Shown here piece after piece: positions 1 to 13,100 of a DNA stretch of 52,547 bases (the first letter of the stretch is position 1; each line of letters starts with the position of its first letter). Made by a program: the position numbers and the translations under genes. The notes under the pieces are model-generated. The model searched no databases, was not told where the DNA came from, and was given only the letters and a program-made list of their open reading frames with translations. Source of the stretch: Welwitschia mirabilis (lineage: Eukaryota); assembly GCA_051453625.1 (NCBI GenBank), contig JBOZIK010000001.1:27582359-27634905 (forward strand). The letters are read 5' to 3'.

Positions 1-812
1 TAAAGATGGAATATTTATTCTCAATCCAAATATGCAAGAGATTTGATCAAACAATTTGGTTTAGAAAATGCAAAAACAATTGATACTCCTATGTTTACAT
101 CATGTAAAGTAAGTTTAGATGAAAATGATAAATCATTAGATCAAAAACTTTATAGAAGTATGATTAGTAGTTTATTATATTTAAATACAAGTAGACCAGA
201 TATCATGTTAAGTATTAGAGTATGTACAAGATATTAATCCCAACCAAAAGAATCACATCTTCAGGCAGTAAAAAGAATAATCAGGTATGTAAAGGGCACA
301 TGTGATTTTGGCTTATGATATCCCATTATAACATCTTTTGAACTTGTAGGTTTTAATGATGTAGACTGGGCTACATACAAAGATGATAGAAAAAGCATAA
401 GTGGAAATTTCTTTCTTCTAGGTTCATGTCTAGTAGGATAAGCAAGTAAGAAATAAAACTCTATTTCTCTCTCTACTGTAGAAGTCGATTATGCTATGGT
501 AGGTAGTTATTGCACTCACATTTTATAGATGAAAGAAATGTTAAAACATTTTAGTGTTAATTTTGAGCAAGTTCCCATCTTTTATGATAATATAAGTACT
601 ATTAATATATCAAAAAATCTAGTTCAACATTAAATAATAAAGCATATTGAGCTAAGACATTATTTCCTACAAGACCAAGTTGAAAAAGGACACATCTCTA
701 TGAATTTTATAACTATAGACCAATAATTATCAAATATTTTTATTAAACCCCTAAATTTTAATACTTTTCTTCATCTCAGAAATGAACTAGGAGTTTCTCG
801 TTGTCCTATGAT
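1..812 (+). pseudogene. Ty1-copia (SIRE/Sirevirus) pol 3' end: RT C-terminus and RNase H, degraded
   Basis: Translates as KYARDLIKQFGL...YRSMISSLLYLNTSRPDI...HLQAVKRIIRYVKGT...DDRKSISG...SISLSTVEVDY...KHIELRHYFLQDQV...IFIKPL...LRNELG, with many in-frame stops. These are typical copia RT/RNase H motifs. Confidence 0.92.
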
Positions 813-1372
813 TAATTATAGGATAGCTGGCTAAATTTGTTAGTCAGTAGACTCAAATGGGTTAGTTAACCAATTTTTAACTTAGTCACCCAGTCACTCA
901 AGATTCTTCTCTACTTTGTCATTGATGTCAAAAAAAGGAGAATCAGTTATTTATTTGTTAAATATTTATGCATAAAATGCTATTTTATTTGGTATCTTAA
1001 ATCTATTTGTGACTTTTAAAATTATATGTGCTAAATATGTTTTCCTTTGGTATCATAAGTACTTAACTTGAAAATTTTAAAGTCTTTTTAATATTTGGTT
1101 TATTTGTGACATCTGATTTAATGTTAAATAAATTTACATGATCACATTATGTTTATCATAAAGTTGTGCCTCCTTTTTTTTTCTTTTAAAAAAACTTTCC
1201 AATGTGTATATTGAATTAGTTCATTTAGAGCACAAAATTTATTTATTCAAAATGCTTTTACTTGTCTCAAATGGAATATTATTTTATAGTCATTTTATAA
1301 GGGGGAGATTTTCTATGAATTCTAGTTTGTCACAACTAAGTATTGTTTGCTATCAATATCTAAAGAGGAGAT

Positions 1373-2429
1373 TATTAGATTATATTTTGTCAATTGATAT
1401 TAATCTAATGTTCTCTATATAGTAAATTTTATGTATCTTGTACAAAATATGTTAAATTACTTGTAGGTTAAAAGATGAAACTAAAATTGTCAACTTCTAA
1501 GCATTAGAAACCTATTAGTTCATTTACCCTTAAGAGGGGTCAACCAGATTTTGATGAGGTTGACTGGACCTATAACTTAAAAAACTAGTTTCTCATAATT
1601 GAATAGAAAAGAGTCGACCAGACCTTTATGGGATCAACTGGATTTGAGAACCTAATAAATAGTATCCCTAGACTAAATAACAAGGGGTTGACTAGACATA
1701 TAATGAAGTCAACTGGACCTAAGCATTGTGTAGCTGGTATGCTTGAAATAATTGTTATGAAGTCAACCAAACACCTAAAGGGATTAACCAGATTCAATGC
1801 AGAAAATTGAAAAGAAATTTTATCAAAGGAGCGGGTAACTAAATAAAGTAGCAAGTGACCAGACTAGGGTCGACTGGACCCAAATGGAGTCGATCAGATA
1901 GGGAGCCATATGAAATTGAGGTGCCAAATTTCTCACTTGGATGACCTGTGTAAACTCACAGCACCATATGTGGTCGATCAGATGGAACAAAAAGTAAATT
2001 TTTCTAAATGTTATGTATCTATTATATAGCCATTAGGTAACTATTTTCTAGCTATTTATAGTAGTTGAAAGCACATTTCAAATGTAAGAAACCCTAAAAG
2101 CCTTTCATTATAAAGGGCTAAGACATAGATGACCAAAGTATCTTTTGGAACCATTTTCATTTAGAAAAATCTATTGGATCTGAAGGATCCAGCATTATAT
2201 TTGGAGTGACTTTTACTATTGTATCTTGGCATCTATATTTCTAACCGAAGGAGATCTACTATTGGCATCCTCTCTACATTCAAGAATGGATTAAGAGCTT
2301 CATTTGTTTTACTTCTAAAGGAGGAGAGCTCCATCAAATTTACTGATTCAAGAACGAGTGATATTCGTGCTCTAAAGGCATCATTACATCACTACCTTGC
2401 TTTGTGAAAGGTTGAGACTAAGCCTTAAA
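1373..2429 (+). mobile_element. SIRE 3' LTR, copy 1, truncated by assembly gap
   Basis: Follows degenerate PPT TAAAGAGGAGAT (1361-1372) and an upstream extra PPT AAGGGGGAG (~1299). Collinear with the LTR at 3498-4992 and carries GGTCGAC-type motifs. Confidence 0.8.
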
Positions 2430-2529
2430 NNNNNNNNNNNNNNNNNNNNNNNNNNNNNNNNNNNNNNNNNNNNNNNNNNNNNNNNNNNNNNNNNNNNNNN
2501 NNNNNNNNNNNNNNNNNNNNNNNNNNNNN

Positions 2530-2853
2530 AATATATTATAGCAGGTAATTATTGCACTCACCTTTTATAAATGAAAGAAATGTTAAAAGATTTTGGTATT
2601 AATTTAAAACAAGTTCCTATTATTTATGATAATACAAGTGCTATTAACATATCAAAAAATCTAGTTTAGCACTCAAGAATAAAGCATATTAAGCTGAGAC
2701 ATTATTTCCTATGAGATTAAGTTGAAAAAGGACATATATCTATGAATTTTATTACTTTAGACTAATAATTGCAAATATTTTTATTAAACTCTTAAACTTT
2801 GATACTTTTCTTTATCTCAGAAATGAACTTGAGGTTCTCTCACTGTCCTATGA
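2530..2853 (+). pseudogene. Second SIRE RNase H C-terminal remnant
   Basis: Directly homologous to ~490-812 (MKEMLKDFGINLKQVPIIYDNTSAINISKN...KHIKLRHYFL), with stops. Confidence 0.88.
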
Positions 2854-3497
2854 TTGATTGCAGGACAGTCGATCAAATTTGTTATTCAATCAACTAGAAT
2901 AGATTGGTCGATTGGTTTTTAACTTGGTCGCCAGTCACTCAAGGTTCTGTAGCTATCCCAGCAATAATACAAAACACCAAATTATCATTTTTTTATGACT
3001 GTCATTTATATTTTGATTTCTTGGTAACTATTTCCTCTCTTCTTTATTATTAATGTCAAAAGGGGAAGAATTCGTTGACTTTTTATTAAATATTTATATA
3101 CAAAATGGTGTTTCATTTGGTATCTTAAATCTTTTTGTGCTTTTTAAAATCATATATAGTAAATATGTTTTTCTTTTAGTAACACAGGTACTAAACCAAA
3201 AAAGTTTTGTAGTCTGTTTGACATTTGGAAATAAACCAAAATTTGTCACATATGATTCAATGTTAAATAAGTTTTCATGATCACATTATGTCTATCATAA
3301 AGTTATGTATTTTAAACTCTCAAATGTACATATTAAATTATTTAATTTTGAGCACAAAATTCATTAGTTCAAAATGATTCCACTTGTTTCAAATGGAATA
3401 TTATTTTACAAATAGGCATTTTGTAAAGGGGAGTTTTCTATGAGTTCTAAATTATTACAAATAAGTATTGATTATCATCAATATCAAAGGGGGAGAT

Positions 3498-4992
3498 TAT
3501 TGAATTATGTTTTACCAATTGATGTCAAACTAATGTTTTCTATATAGAAAATTTTGTGTATTTTATACAAAATATATTAAATTACTTACAGGTTAAAAGA
3601 TGGAACTAAAATGGTCAACTTCTGGGCACTAGAAACTTGTTAGTTCATTTACCCTCAAGATGGAGTTGACTGAATTTTCAAGGGTTAATTGCACTTGAAG
3701 CAGATAGAAAATAAACTATATTCAAAGGGGTCAAACAAATTTTTAATGGGATTGATTAGACCTATAACCTTAAAAACTAGTATCCCTAAATTGATTGAAA
3801 AGGATTCGACTAGATCTATATGGACTCGACTAGATTTGAGAACTTTATAAATAGTATTCCCAAACTGAATAACAAGGGATTAACCAAATCTATAATGGGG
3901 TTGACTGGTCCTGAGCACTATGTAGCTAGTGCACTTGAGCTAATCATCATGGGTCAATCAGAGACCAAAAGGGATCAACTAGACTCAATGCAGAAAATTG
4001 GAAAGAAATTTTATTAAAGGAGCGGACGACCAGATGAATAGTAGGTAATTAGACTAGGGTCAACTAGACCCAGATGGGGTTAACAGGATAGGGAGCCATA
4101 AGAAATTAGGGCAACCAAATTTCTCACTTAGTCAACTTGTGTAACTTATGATACCACATGGGTCAACCGAATTTTTATGGGGTTAACCAGACGGAGAAAA
4201 ATAAATTTTTTCTAAACATTATGCATCTATTATATAGCTATTAGATAGTCATTGTATAGTCATTTATAGCCGTTGGAGATGAATTTAAAATATAATAAAC
4301 CCTAAAAGCCTTCCAATATAAATAGCTAAGACATAAATGATAAAAGAATCTTTTGAAACTATTTTTATTTAGTAAAATCTACTGAATTTGAAAGATTAAG
4401 TATTAGATTTGAGTGATTATCACTTTTTGTATCTTGGCATCCATATTTCTGATTGAAGGAGATCTACTATTAGCATACTCTCTACATTCAAGATTGAATT
4501 AAGAGATTTAATTATTTTACTTTTATAAGAGGATAGCTCCATCAAATGTACTGATTTTAGAATGAGTAATATTTGTGCTTTTGAGGCATTATTACATCAC
4601 TACACTATTTTGTAAAGCATTGAGATTAATCCTTAAAAATTCTATTCTAAAGGTTGAGACTAAGCCTAGAAAAGTCTATTTGTAGAGGTTACAGTAAACC
4701 TAGAATACCTAATGGAGTAAGAAGATCTAAGATTTAGCTTGGGGATAAGCTAATCATCAAGAGTAAAGTATGGGATTTCTCGAACTACTATAAATCCTAT
4801 TTGCATCAAATTGATATTTTTGTGCTTTTAGTTTTTATTTCTTTACTTTTATTATTTTTCTCATTGTGTACATTCTAAATTAGTTCATTTTTATATGCAA
4901 GTTTTTGTTTCAAATTGAATTTATTTACAATATTGTATTGGATTTTTTTAAAAGAAGCTATTCATCCCCCTCTAGGGTTCTCAATCCTATCA
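3498..4992 (+). mobile_element. SIRE 3' LTR, copy 2 (~1.5 kb, complete)
   Basis: Preceded by Sirevirus PPT signature TCAAAGGGGGAGAT and upstream PPTs (~3058, ~3427). TATA-like TATAAATAG at ~4317. Ends with C-rich CTATTCATCCCCCTCTAGG...CCTATCA. Confidence 0.85.
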
Positions 4993-5176
4993 GTTGTAAA
5001 GTTTTAAATCAAATTTATAGGATTGTAATCTACCTCTTTTTATTTTAACTCATTTAAATCTTTGATAATTTAGCCTACAATATGATTTTCTTTTGATGTT
5101 GGCCAAGTTTGACTAACATCTGCAAGTTCTTCTAATTTTGTCCAAGCATTTTCTAAGATGGGGTTCATAAAGTTTC

Positions 5177-5600
5177 CACTACAAGAGAAATCTATAAGTT
5201 ATTTTATGTGGTGATTTAAACCACTATAAAAGTAGCTTACATAGTTCTTATCATGAAAAATCATCTACCAGATTAGAATGGGTTCCTATAAAGAAACATT
5301 CATATGTGGAAGCGTACATACAATATAGGTAAAAGTGGGCGCTACCCCATAGTATGGTGGGCCCTACCCTCAACAACAGGAACACTGCCCCGTATGACAG
5401 TTATTGAGGTGGGTGTATGCATGGGTTGGGTTGCTAATGAGGGGAGGGAAGGGAGGAAAAGCATCATGGTTTCGTGTTAGTGCCTCCATGAAACCATATG
5501 TCACAGGTTAGTGTTAGGTCCCCGGGAGCATTTCAGAACAAACAACGCGTACGCGTCACCTGTACATGTGCTCTGTGCCTGTACTATAATCTTTATTTAG
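5177..5600 (+). mobile_element. CACTA (En/Spm) left-end remnant
   Basis: CACTACAAGAGAAA at 5177 matches the CACTA TIR consensus and is followed by a short GTGGT/ACCAC inverted motif. No partner TIR identified. Confidence 0.5.
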
Positions 5601-6049
5601 TTTTTATTAAAAGTTTATTACTTTTTTTTTCTTTTTATCATAATTTCTTCACTCATGAATGTTTTAATGAAGTTTTCCAAGACTTCATCCCAAGTTTTTA
5701 AGCTTTTGTGAGGTATGGTTTTTAGCTAATTTTTAACTCTACCTTTTAATGTCATGGAAAAGATTATAATGTAGGTTCTATCACTAATTGTTTTCCCCAT
5801 TTCTTGAGGTAAGGATTAATTGTCTAATATTTGTAATATGTTGAAGAGGCTCCTCATCATTTTCATTACTAAATGTTAGATAGACATAAAGGTTTTTTTT
5901 TTTTTTTTACTTCAATACCATCTCCTAGGGATAGATCAAAAGAGGTTTAAATATCTCATTTCTTTTTATCTAATAATTCCCTTAGGGTCAGGTTTGTATT
6001 AGGGTTTGCAGTAAAAAGCCCTCTAACTTATTTTTATTTTTCGACTATA

Positions 6050-7782
6050 CTTGACATATTAAACTATTTTTTTTCTTATACAAGGTTTTCTTTAAGGGGT
6101 TTTGATTTAGAAAAAATAAACTTATAAGGAGTATTATATGCACCTGAAGACTATTTTTCTAATTCTTTTTTGATGTCTACTAGTCCTTCTCTAATATTTT
6201 TCTCTTTCAGTAGTTGTTCTCTCTAATATCTCTCTTCTATGTTGACCCTATCATAGCATTGTGCAAATAGAAAATAACAGAAAATAAATGAAAAATAACA
6301 CTACCATATTGTCTATCATGCAAACGATATAATGGATGACTAACAGAAAAAGTAGAAAATAAAAATAGATTAGAAAGCTAAAAACTAAAAAGAAATGCTA
6401 TCTATTATCCTCCTAATCATCTAGATGATATAGAATATAATAAATACTTATTATATTAACAAAAAACTAAACATAAAAATTGGAAATAAAAACTAAAACT
6501 CCAAACTATCGTCTTATTTGTTGTGGGAATGATAGAAGGAATAATGACTATTTTCCTATAGAAAACTAAAATTGAAACTAAAAAAAAAATAAAAAACTAT
6601 AGTTCCTAATAAAATATAATATTGTTATAGATAAATAACTTAAAAAAATTGATATACTCACCCAAACAATGATAATCCTTATACTTCTCAATAGTCTTTC
6701 CTAAAAATGGTGCCAATTTATTGCAGTGTATATTTGTGCAAGCATTTATATTTAAAATGATTATATCATTTATAAAATAAAATAGATTTTTCACATAATA
6801 TAATACATTAATATGAGTGAAAGTTAATCCAAATGTCGTATTCTCATTAAAGACTATAATATAAGATTGGAACTACTTTTTAAAAAGAAATAAAGTGAAC
6901 AGGACTAAAGAATAATGTAGAAAATAAAGAATGCAATGTAAATTCAAAATGCAACTAATCTACATGCAATGTAAAATGAAACTACACTACTTCCTTTCAG
7001 CCTTAACAAAGGCTACCTTAATAATCTATATCATCTAAGAAATTATCACCAGATCAAGGGCAATATAAACAATAAGAGAGATCTAAGAAACTAATATGCA
7101 AATAAGAAAATAAAGTTTTATATTTAAGAATTAATAACATCTAGGTATAAAATAGTCAAGCCTTAATGGAGGATACATAGCCCTCCACTAAGAGAATTTC
7201 TTTCTACAACTCTCAAGATAGATCTTCCACCTTTTGATCTCTCATTATGAGAATTTTCAGTGTAATGAAGATAGAGAGAAGAGTCAAAGGAGGACTTATT
7301 TATAATAAAATATAGCAAAAAATGATAGATAGAAGGTGCTCTAAAAATACACTCTTTTATATAAAAGAAATAAATAAAATGATTAAGGGATTACTATCAG
7401 AGTTGGTTATAATGTTAGTATCATCCTGATGGTCATCCAGATAATGATGGATATGAGAGCTCACTACAAAAATATTACTCAAAAGTGACTTAGTAGTCCA
7501 TCTCAGTTATCATTGTCCTACATATCATGAGGATGACAGAGAAACAATGACTTCTTTAATCATTTTGTTGAGGAGAAACAAGCATTTTTATCAGAAATCT
7601 TCCTCTAAATATTTGTGTATCAAAATCTACCTTAAATACCTTAAATATTTTTAATAATTTCACATTTCCAAAATTTTCTATTAAATATTTAAAATCCTTA
7701 GAATTACACCTAAACTTATGCAAATGTCCTATAAAATATATCATAAAACCCCATTAAATAACCATAAACTGATAGTGTAATA
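6050..7782 (-). mobile_element. Athila-like gypsy element: 5' LTR (6719-7782), degenerate PBS and truncated 5' internal region
   Basis: LTR termini TATTGCAGTG (6719) and GTGTAATA (7782). The minus strand reads TTGGCACCATTTTTAGG next to the LTR, a decayed TGGCGCCGTTGCCGG-type PBS. The LTR is the reverse complement of 9170-10182. Confidence 0.7.
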
Positions 7783-10182
7783 GTTAGCATCTTTTGTTTA
7801 TGTTACATTTTATCCATTATTTTTGTTTTATTTTATGGTTTGATTAGTTGTTTCAAAGTCATTTCAATATTATCTTATCATTTCATGCTTTCCTTCTTAA
7901 TTTTCAATAAAGAGTTCATTTCTTTCTTGAATCATATTGTGATGTTTCTTTTCTGTATTTGGATTTTTTATTACTACTCTTAATTATTTTATAANNNNNN
8001 NNNNNNNNNNNNNNNNNNNNNNNNNNNNNNNNNNNNNNNNNNNNNNNNNNNNNNNNNNNNNNNNNNNNNNNNNNNNNNNNNNNNNNNNNNNNNNNNNNNN
8101 NNNNNNNNNNNNNNNNNNNNNNNNNNNNNNNNNNNNNNNNNNNNNNNNNNNNNNNNNNNNNNNNNNNNNNNNNNNNNNNNNNNNNNNNNNNNNNNNNNNN
8201 NNNNNNNNNNNNNNNNNNNNNNNNNNNNNNNNNNNNNNNNNNNNNNNNNNNNNNNNNNNNNNNNNNNNNNNNNNNNNNNNNNNNNNNNNNNNNNNNNNNN
8301 NNNNNNNNNNNNNNNNNNNNNNNNNNNNNNNNNNNNNNNNNNNNNNNNNNNNNNNNNNNNNNNNNNNNNNNNNNNNNNNNNNNNNNNNNNNNNNNNNNNN
8401 NNNNNNNNNNNNNNNNNNNNNNNNNNNNNNNNNNNNNNNNNNNNNNNNNNNNNNNNNNNNNNNNNNNNNNNNNNNNNNNNNNNNNNNNNNNNNNNNNNNN
8501 NNNNNNNNNNNNNNNNNNNNNNNNNNNNNNNNNNNNNNNNNNNNNNNNNNNNNNNNNNNNNNNNNNNNNNNNNNNNNNNNNNNNNNNNNNNNNNNNNNNN
8601 NNNNNNNNNNNNNNNNNNNNNNNNNNNNNNNNNNNNNNNNNNNNNNNNNNNNNNNNNNNNNNNNNNNNNNNNNNNNNNNNNNNNNNNNNNNNNNNNNNNN
8701 NNNNNNNNNNNNNNTTTCTTTTCTGTATTTGGATTTTTTATTACTACTCTTAATTATTTTATAATAGAACATTTTCATTATTTACTTTTATTTGTTTTTC
8801 AGAATATTTCATTCATCTATATTTTTAAATCAAACATTTCTTTACTCAGCTTCACAATTAATTTAGAAAGTTGTCCAAATTCAAAAACACCCATTATTTG
8901 CCTTCTTACTTCTATTTGCTTTCTTTTCTTTATTAACCAATATATAATGTATTATTTTTCTTGGGGGAAGTAGCTGTTTCCAAGATTTCATGATATAAAA
9001 TTTTAAAATTTTAGATACATTATGCATTACTTGTTATTTTTCTATGAGATGTGTTTTATGAGCCTATTTTATAATTTTTAGATTGATTTTTTATAAAACA
9101 AATTAGCTTGCATTTGGGGTTTTTCACCTAGTTTTTATCAGGAACTGACAAAGGTTAAGTATGAGGCTATGTTACACTACCAATTTTTGTGTTTTTTATG
9201 GGGACTCATGTGCTATTTTGTAAGAAATTTACACATGTTTAGATGTAATTCTAAGGATTTTAAAGAATCAATAGAAGATCTCAAAAATATGCAATGCTTA
9301 ATATGATTTGAGGAATTTAAAGAATATTCTAATACACAAAGCTTTAGAGGAAGATTACTCATAGAAAGGCTAGCTTCTCCTTACTATAATAAACAAAGAA
9401 GATTGTTATCCCTCTCTCGTCCTCACAATAGAAAGAACGATGACTATATTTAATGCTGATGTAAACTACTAAGTCAACTACTGAGTTATCTATTAAGTCA
9501 TCTCTTATAAAAAGATATCATCGCTATGTCATCTAGATGATAGTTAGGATGACCACTGTAACTAACTCTAATAGTTGATCTTAACCATTTCATCCATTTC
9601 TTATCTATAATGGAGTATATTTTAGATCACCTTTTAAGTGCCATTTTTTGTTGTGTAACCCTCTAAATAAGACCACCTTTAGCTCTTCTATTTATCTTTG
9701 TTGCACCAAAAATTTTCATGACAAGAGATCAAAGGATGAAAGATCCATCTTGATAGTTGTAGAAAGACATTCCTTTGGTGGAGGCCTGTGCATCCTCCAT
9801 TGAGGACTGACTATTTTGTAACCCATATGTTATTCCTTTTAGTATAACTTCTATTTTCATTAATACATTTAGATTTGTTAGATGTCCCTTATGGTTTATA
9901 TTGCCCTTGATTTAATGACAATTTCATTAGTAATATAGGTCTTAAAGGTAGCCTTCGTTAAGGTGGAAATAAAATAGTTTAGTTTCATTTTGCATTGCAT
10001 TTAGTTAGTTGGCATTTGTATTTGCATTGCATATTTATTTTCTGCATTGTTCTTTAAGTTTAGTTACCATTTTCTTGAGAAAATCAATCCTCAGACTCAT
10101 CTCATAGTCTTCAATGAGATACAACATTCAGGTTCACTACCACTCATACTAATGTCCACATGCATAAATATGAACTATAACA
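7783..10182 (+). mobile_element. Athila-like element: 3' non-coding region and 3' LTR (9170-10182)
   Basis: LTR runs TGTTACACTACC...ACTATAACA and is preceded by PPT-like AAGTATGAGG. It is an inverted homolog of 6719-7782. Confidence 0.7.
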
Positions 10183-13100
10183 TTGGCATTCAGATGTTGT
10201 TGCTCATCAGTGTCATCCAAATGATGGAAGGGATGATAGTCTTTTTGAAGATTTTTTCAAAGTAAATTTGGCTTTATAAATAATTAATTTCTTCTCAAAA
10301 TGTAAAGTATATGAATTAGTTCAAAATGCCTCTAAATATGCTGGTATTTGTGAATTTCCATGATTTCTTTCTTGATTCTTAATAATCATTATTTTTTATT
10401 TAAATCTATCTAAATTTCTTACAAAACTAATCAAAATATCACATCAAAAACATACAATTTGGCATCACAACGTAACTTTCCACTTAGTATTATTAGTCCC
10501 TAATAAAGTAGGTGAACAACTATAATTGCAAACCAAATTGGCTAAGATAAACACTAAGTAGGGATATGTAAATTAATTTTAGAAATATCATAATGTAGAA
10601 TTAAATTTCAAAATCAAATAAACTAAATGTTTTACCTTTTTAGATGATGTAGCCATGATGTCATCTGATGTATCATCTAGAAGATAAGCGAGACGACAGG
10701 CTTTAAAAATATAACTATAAAATCAAGTTCTTATAATTATTCTCATCAAAAAATAAGATTAAAGTAGTTACTAGTGCATTATCCCTTTACTTAAAATAGT
10801 TATCACATTAAAAAGATAGATTTTGATTATTATAATAAAAAGAATCATCATAAAATATAATCATAATAGCTTAAATAAATGTTGTGCATGTATAATTAAA
10901 AATGTAATAACTCAAAAATGATATTCAGGAATCAAACATTAAGGTTTCAAGCACAATCCCCAAGGGGATATATATAAAAAATAAATAATCATAACATTAT
11001 TCCCTTCATCCATGATCTCCTAAATTATTTAGATCATTCTTAAAAGGAAAACCTATAATTATTATAATATTAAGTGCATGGTTTACTAAATAATATCCAT
11101 AATGCATATCACTCAAATAATAGGTGATTATAATTGGATTTAGTAAATTAAATATATGTATTATTTAAATTTGAAAAGGGTCCTATAAAATTTTAATTTT
11201 TTTTCAACATATATGTTCCTCCTCCCCCAACTCTAGCTCCCACTCCATTCCTCCTCCCCTTTCCCAAGAGTGAATTAATACATCTCATACTGCATTAACA
11301 TAAGAAGAAAAAGATCAATATGTAAGTTAAGTAAAAGTAAGAAAAAAATGTAGGCTTTGAAGTAGTATTCTTTATGTGAAAGAAAGGAAAATAATATTCA
11401 AGAAAAGATGAAAGATGAAAAAGATAATGCTTAGAAAGTATCTTTGTATTATCTGCCTAGTTGTCTGGATGACAAGATGAATGATAGGAACTTTTAAAAG
11501 ATTAGGAAAATGAAAGTACCAATAGAATAAGTTAAGTTCAAATGGTAATATAGAGTTTAAAAAAGGTATTAGAAAAACCAAAAAATGGAAAAAAGCTAAG
11601 AATAATCATAAATCAAGATATGATACAAAGTAAATTTATAATGCACCAAGCTAAGAAAGATGATAAAATGTGCCATGAAGTCACAATTATTTGAAATATT
11701 AGATGTGTTAAAAATCAAAAATAAAATTAAAGGACTTAACTTAAAAAAAAATGCTAAAATTATCATCATAAACTAAATAAATATTATTTGTTAAAATAAA
11801 ATCAACTCCTATAAAGAAAAATTGTGAATGAAAATAAAAATCAATAAGAAAATTACTAAATGATCAAGTCCCAAGAATTTATGATGAAAACCTATGGAAA
11901 TGATTTTAAAATACCAAATAAAATAACTAATGAAAACAAAAAAAAAAATTGGAAAACCTAGAAACATGAAGAATATTGTATGCCAATTCTAAATCTAGCA
12001 TATACTCATGGAATAAATCATAAAATCACCTGATTAATGATGCATGATATAATGAAAAAGCTTCATAAAGTACTACTCGAACAACTATTGACTATGATAA
12101 TGCTAAGCAATTAATCTTTTCAAACAATGAATGATAAGATCAAAATCTAGTTAGAAATGGACACATCTGTTTACATCCAAAAATACATCCAAATCCTCAA
12201 ACATAAAATGATTATGCAAGATCATTGTAAGCTCAATGAGTCTAGGAAATAAGTAATTCCTTTGATTATACCAGGGATACCACTAATCTCATAGCCTTAA
12301 AGTATTTACTATTATCCTATGATAAGGGGAGTTCAATCATACTTAGAAAAGTAAGAACCCATGAAACATGACCAACTAAACCCCTAGTAAAGTTCTCATG
12401 AAAAAAACATTGCTCAAGATACCTCTTAGAAAAATATACCTTAGTGTGGTAGGACATCATGGTGATTATGTATTTAGCATAAAAATAATAGATCATGGGT
12501 ATTATTCTTTCCCTCTCTCTTTCTCTCTTTCTCTCTCTTTCCTTTTTTTTTTTGAATACATTTTTCAAAATAAATCCCACATAATCATACATTCTCAAAT
12601 AAAAGATAAATAAATGAGATGAAAAATAAGAAAGAACACCCCTAAAAAACTAAATACTTATACTATTGAGAAAAAACACAAAAACCCAAAGCATCTTCCT
12701 TCAAAATGAAGTTCATAGATGTTTGAATGTTTTAACATCAGATGAATCTAATATTATCATGGTAGCATGCCTAAGTAAAGATCACTATTCATGGTAACTT
12801 CATGAAGTAAAACATTAATCAAGTAAAGAATATTCAAGTAATAGCATAACATTTGCCAAAAAGAATCAATCAAGAAAGAATTTAGATAATGGTAGAATGA
12901 CTTTTAAGATAATTGCTTCTATGATGTTTGAGGTTTTTTTCCTTTTCTTTTTTCAATAATATATGGATCTATAACCATTTTCTAGTTTTTCTAATTTTCC
13001 TAGTGTTCAAATCAGAAATCTCAATAAAGCCATTACAAAATGTACTTTTTTAAAAAGATAATAACCTAACAATCTAGAGGTTATAAAAATAAAATCTAAG

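Noticed and set aside
7984-8778. 264-aa ORF in the ORF track
   Set aside because: Almost entirely N gap.
11215-11270. C-rich tract (G-quadruplex potential on the minus strand)
   Set aside because: Lies in retrotransposon internal sequence, G-runs are irregular, and there is no evidence of function.
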